Shown here: piece after piece, positions 61,301 to 64,000 of the stretch | Layout of the letters: each line of letters opens with the position of its first letter | Numbering within the stretch: the first letter of the stretch is position 1 | NCBI GenBank assembly: GCA_032718475.1 | Contig: JAUCBJ010008725.1 | Location: forward strand, 6,464-70,463 | Length of the DNA stretch: 64,000 nucleotides | DNA from: Nemertoderma westbladi | Lineage: Eukaryota; Animalia; Xenacoelomorpha | Direction of reading: 5' to 3' | Translations under genes and position numbers: made by a program | Notes under the pieces: generated by a model | What the model was told of the DNA's origin: nothing | The model's input: only the letters and a program-made list of their open reading frames with translations | Database searches by the model: none

Positions 61301-64000
61301 GTTCTGTTGATGGGGTCCTCAGATAGGGAGGAGTCAATGGTTCTGTTGATGGGGTCCTCAGATAGGGAGGAGTCAATGGTTCTGTTGATGGGGTCCTCAG
61401 ATAGGGAGGAGTCAATGGTTCTGTTGATGGGGGCCTCAGATAGGGAGAAGTCAATGGTTCTGTTCATGGGGTCCTCAGATAGGGAGGAGTCAATGGTTCT
61501 GTTGATGGGGTCCTCAGATAGGGAGGAGTCAATGGTTCTGTTGATGGGGTCCTCAGATAGGGAGGAGTCAATGGTTCTGTTGATGGGGTCCTCAGATAGG
61601 GATGAGTCAATGGTTCTGTTGATGGGGTCCTCAGATAGGGAGGAGTCAATGGTTCTGTTGATGGGGGCCTCAGATAGGGAGGAGTCAATGGTTCTGTTGA
61701 TGGGGTCCTCAGATAGGGAGGAGTCAATGGTTCTGTTGATGGGGTCCTCAGATAGGGAGGAGTCAATGGTTCTGTTGATGGGGTCCTCAGATAGGGAGGA
61801 GTCAATGGTTCTGTTGATGGGGTCCTCAGATAGGGAGGAGTCAATGGTTCTGTTGATGGGGCCCTCAGATAGGGAGGAGTCAATGGTTCTGTTGATGGGG
61901 TCCTCAGATAGGGAGGAGTCAATGGTTCTGTTGATGGGGCCCTCAGATAGGGAGGAGTCAATGGTTCTGTTGATGGGGTCCTCAGATGGAGAGGAGTCGA
62001 TGGTTCTGTTGATGGGGTCCTCAGATAGGGAGTAGTCAATGGTTCTGTTGATGGGAGCCCTTAGATAGTGAGGAGTCAATGGTTCTGTTGATGGGGTCCT
62101 CAGATAGGGAGGAGTCAATGGTTCTGTTGATGGGGTCCTCAGATAAGGAGGAGCCAATGGTTCTGTTGATGGGGTCCTCAGATAGGGAGGAGTCGATGGT
62201 TCTGTTGATGGGGTCCTCAGATAGGGAGGAGTCAATGGTTATGTTGATGGGGTTCTCAGATAGGGAGGAGTCAATGGTTATGTTGATGGGGTCCTCAGAC
62301 AGGGAGGAGTCAATGGTTCTGTTGATGGGGTCCTCAGATAGGGAGGAGTCAATGGTTCTGTTGATGGGTTCCTCAGATAGGGAGGAGTCAATGGTTCTGT
62401 TGATGGGGTCCTCAGATAGGGAGGAGTCAATGGTTCTGTTGATGGGGCCCTCAGATAGGGAGGTGTCGATGGTTCTGTTGATGGGGTCCTCAGATAGGGA
62501 GGAGTCAATGGTTCTGTTGATGGGGTCCTCAGATAGGGAGGAGTCAATGGTTCTGTTGATGGGGTCCTCAGATAGGGATGAGTCAATGGTTCTGTTGATG
62601 GGGTCCTCAGATAGGGAGGAGTCAATGGTTCTGTTGATGGGGGCCTCAGATAGGGAGGAGTCAATGGTTCTGTTGATGGGGACCTCAGATAGGAATGGGT
62701 CAATGGTTCTGTTGATGGGGTCCTCAGATAGGGATGAGTCAATGGTTCTGTTGATGGGGTCCTCAGATAGGGAGGAGTCAATGGTTCTGTTGATGGGGGC
62801 CTCAGATAGGGAGAAGTCAATGGTTCTGTTGATGGGGTCCTCAGATAGTGGAGGAGTCAATGGTTCTGTTGATGGGGTCCCCAGATAGGAATGGGTCAAT
62901 GGTTCTGTTGATGGAGTCCTCAGATAGGGAGGAGTCAATGGTTCTGTTGATGGGGTCCTCAGATAGGGAGGAGTCAATGGTTCTGTTGATGGGGTCCTCA
63001 GATAGGGAGGAGTCCAATGGTTCTGTTGATGGGGTCCTCAGATAGGGAGGAGTCAATGGTTCTGTTGATGGGGTCCTCAGATAGGGAGGAGTCAATGGTT
63101 CTGTTGATGGGGTCCTCAGATAGGGAGGAGTCAATGGTTCTGTTGATGGGGTCCTCAGATAGGGAGGAGTCAATGGTTCTGTTGATGGGGTCCTCAGATA
63201 GGGAGGAGTCAATGGTTCTGTTGATGGGGTCCTCAGATAGGGTGGAGTCAATGGTTCTGTTGATGGGGTCCTCAGATAGGGAGGAGTCAATGGTTCTGTT
63301 GATGGGGTCCTCAGATAGGGAGGAGTCAATGGTTCTGTTGATGGGGTCCTCAGATAGGGAGGAGTCAATGGTTCTGTTGATGGGGTCCTCAGATAGGGAG
63401 GAGTCAATGGTTCTGTTGATGGGGTCCTCAGATAGGGAGGAGTCAATGGTTCTGTTGATGGGGTCCTCAGATAGGGAGGAGTCAATGGTTCTGTTGATGG
63501 GGTCCTCAGATAGGGAGGAGTCAATGGTTCTGTTGATGGGGTCCTCAGATAGGGAGGAGTCAATGGTTCTGTTGATGGGGTCCTCAGATAGGGAGGAGTC
63601 AATGGTTCTGTTGATGGGGTCCTCAGATAGGGAGGAGTCAATGGTTCTGTTGATGGGGTCCTCAGATAGGGAGGAGTCAATGGTTCTGTTGATGGGGTCC
63701 TCAGATAGGGAGGAGTCAATGGTTCTGTTGATGGGGTCCTCAGATAGGGAGGAGTCAATGGTTCTGTTGATGGGGTCCTCAGATAGGGAGGAGTCAATGG
63801 TTCTGTTGATGGGGGCCTCAGATAGGGAGGAGTCAATGGTTCTGTTGATGGGGTCCTCAGATAGGGAGGAGTCAATGGTTCTGTTGATGGGGTCCTCAGA
63901 TAGGGAGGAGTCAATGGTTCTGTTGATGGGGTCCTCAGATAGGGAGGAGTCAATGGTTCTGTTGATGGGGTCCTCAGATAGGGAGGAGTCAATGGTTCTG
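49366..64000. repeat. 39-bp satellite (GTCAATGGTTCTGTTGATGGGGTCCTCAGATAGGGAGGA), roughly 375 copies, continuing past the window end
   Basis: Direct inspection. 13-codon periodicity appears in all ORFs of the region. Confidence 0.98.

Noticed and set aside
49655-63992. Very long ORFs (up to 1013 aa, PSTEPLTPPYLRT / MVLLMGSSDREES)
   Set aside because: Artefacts of a 39-bp unit that lacks stops in several frames on both strands. Frequent frame-switching indels and no unique domains.

Overview
AT-rich, repeat-dense animal (invertebrate-like) genomic DNA. Only two host genes are recognisable, both with apparently intron-free coding sequence: a Tousled-like kinase (30546-33159, split by a 2-nt deficit inside a coding VNTR) and a FAM210A-like mitochondrial protein (41398-42258). 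Positions 3109-29336 are one ~2.3-kb non-autonomous DNA transposon (CAG...CTG ends, 5-bp TSD) swollen to 26 kb by nested insertions. These include hAT and Mutator MITEs, a satellite-bearing foldback element, SINEs, a Crack-type LINE, a second copy of the same family, and a young Gypsy/Mag element whose RT-RNaseH region is replaced in frame by a 12-bp minisatellite. To the right are an intact Sola-type transposon (42676-46984), RTE remnants, a 21-bp minisatellite and a >14.6-kb 39-bp satellite running off the window. The most striking unexplained signal is a pervasive scar in non-coding DNA: a 5-bp duplication around CAG or CTG, which matches the ends and TSD length of the resident CAG-ended family. 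Removing these scars in silico restores a hammerhead ribozyme in a tRNA-derived SINE. All calls were made by eye; no database searches were run.
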